Assembly (NCBI GenBank): GCA_028534125.1
Contig: CM052844.1
Location: forward strand, 13,206,001 to 13,270,000
Length of the DNA stretch: 64,000 bases
Reading direction: 5' to 3'
Origin: Lama glama
Lineage: Eukaryota
Under the pieces are notes generated by a model, which was not told where the DNA came from, did no database searches, and saw only the letters and a list, made by a program, of their open reading frames with translations. Shown in pieces: positions 63,371 through 64,000 of the stretch (the first letter of the stretch is position 1; every line of letters begins with the position of its first letter). Both the position numbers and the translations under genes were made by a program.

Positions 63371-63495
63371 CACATCTTTATCCAGACATCCGTCACTGGA
63401 CATTTAGGTTGCTTCCATGTCTTGGCTATTGTAAATAATGCTGCTGTGAACACTGGGTTGCATGCATCTTTTTGAACTGGAATTTCCTCTGGGTC
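62907..63495 (-). mobile_element. L1 3' region (ORF2 C-terminus plus 3' UTR) containing (GT)14 at 63341-63368
   Basis: FTAALFTIAKTWKQPKCP on the minus strand, L1 3' UTR, poly(T) at 62907-62915. Confidence 0.88.
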
Positions 63496-64000
63496 GGATG
63501 ACTTGATTTTATATTTATTGAACAATCCTAAGAGAGATTTTCTGCAACTTCCTTTAGTCACTGTTCTAGTGTATTAATGCTGATGAGTCTGAAAGCCCTG
63601 TATTTTCAAGAGTGCTTCTAGAAATAATTTTCTTCCTCTTGAGATCTATTTCAGACTTTTATTTATCTTCGGTGAGCTTGATGGTAATAATCTCAGGAAA
63701 TACACAGGGAAATTTTCTGGGTTTTATATTTTGGAGAACACATCTACCCACCCCACCCTTCCAAAGCCTTTTTCCCCCTTTGGTCCCAGAGTTCTGGGTC
63801 ATCATAAGATATGATGAGACCATTCTGAATATTCACCTTTAATAATGCATAGTATTTTCCTATATTATGAATTTTCAAAGTCGACCTAGCTCTGCATGGC
63901 ATCCTGACTACTTTCTCACGATTCCCCAGGACAGTCTTGAGGTTGACTGCACTTTCTTCCTTTTCTTTTCTCTTTTTCTCTCTTCTCTCCAGAGCAATTT

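Larger units (their letters stand above)
34556..64000 (+). other. CCDC68: CCDC68 gene, partial (5' portion; 3' exons lie beyond the window)
   Basis: Five GT-AG exons splice in frame to IRTTLEKIRNQIFKDEIRQNRTNCKLDAK-RSGNIQSGSGSEMEPSLDPLVEKIKGKDLQLLELNKENELLKIK-LEASREAGAVALRNVAQRLFESYQTQSEEVRKKHEDSKYLLQ-VNKLEKEQKLKQRAENLNEIAEKLEEKHSQITELENLVQRMEK-EKRTLLEKKLSLENKLLHLRSNAAYAK, recognisable as coiled-coil domain-containing protein 68 (centriolar subdistal appendage protein). An upstream CpG island carries a splice donor. Confidence 0.93.

Noticed and set aside
63950-64000. Strong polypyrimidine tract plus AG at the window end as the next CCDC68 exon
   Set aside because: The following bases (agcaattt) do not fit the expected continuation (S)CQDLQ, and only 8 nt are visible.

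Overview
Mammalian genomic DNA, very probably a camelid (camel/alpaca) judging from its young L1 3' ends and tRNA-derived SINE. It has four assembly gaps (22264-22419, 30185-30284, 30437-30592, 46055-46554). The right half holds the 5' part of CCDC68 on the + strand: a CpG-island promoter and non-coding first exon (~34.4-34.8 kb), a possible second non-coding exon (~42 kb), and five in-frame coding exons (47173-47259, 49739-49870, 50881-51006, 52844-52972, 57698-57780; 557 nt). The expected ATG-bearing exon is not visible and probably lies in the 500-N gap, and the 3' exons lie beyond the window. The left ~34 kb is intergenic and repeat-rich (MIR, L2, L1, MaLR, hAT and Tigger). Almost all ORFs in the supplied track are spurious. 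I see no clearly new multi-gene system. The most unusual item is a ~370-bp element (6505-6876, - strand) made of an L1 5' end joined directly to an L1 3' end at an AG junction, a candidate spliced, ORF-less non-autonomous L1. Repeat family names and human comparisons come from recall and were not checked by database search. Boundaries of old repeats are approximate.
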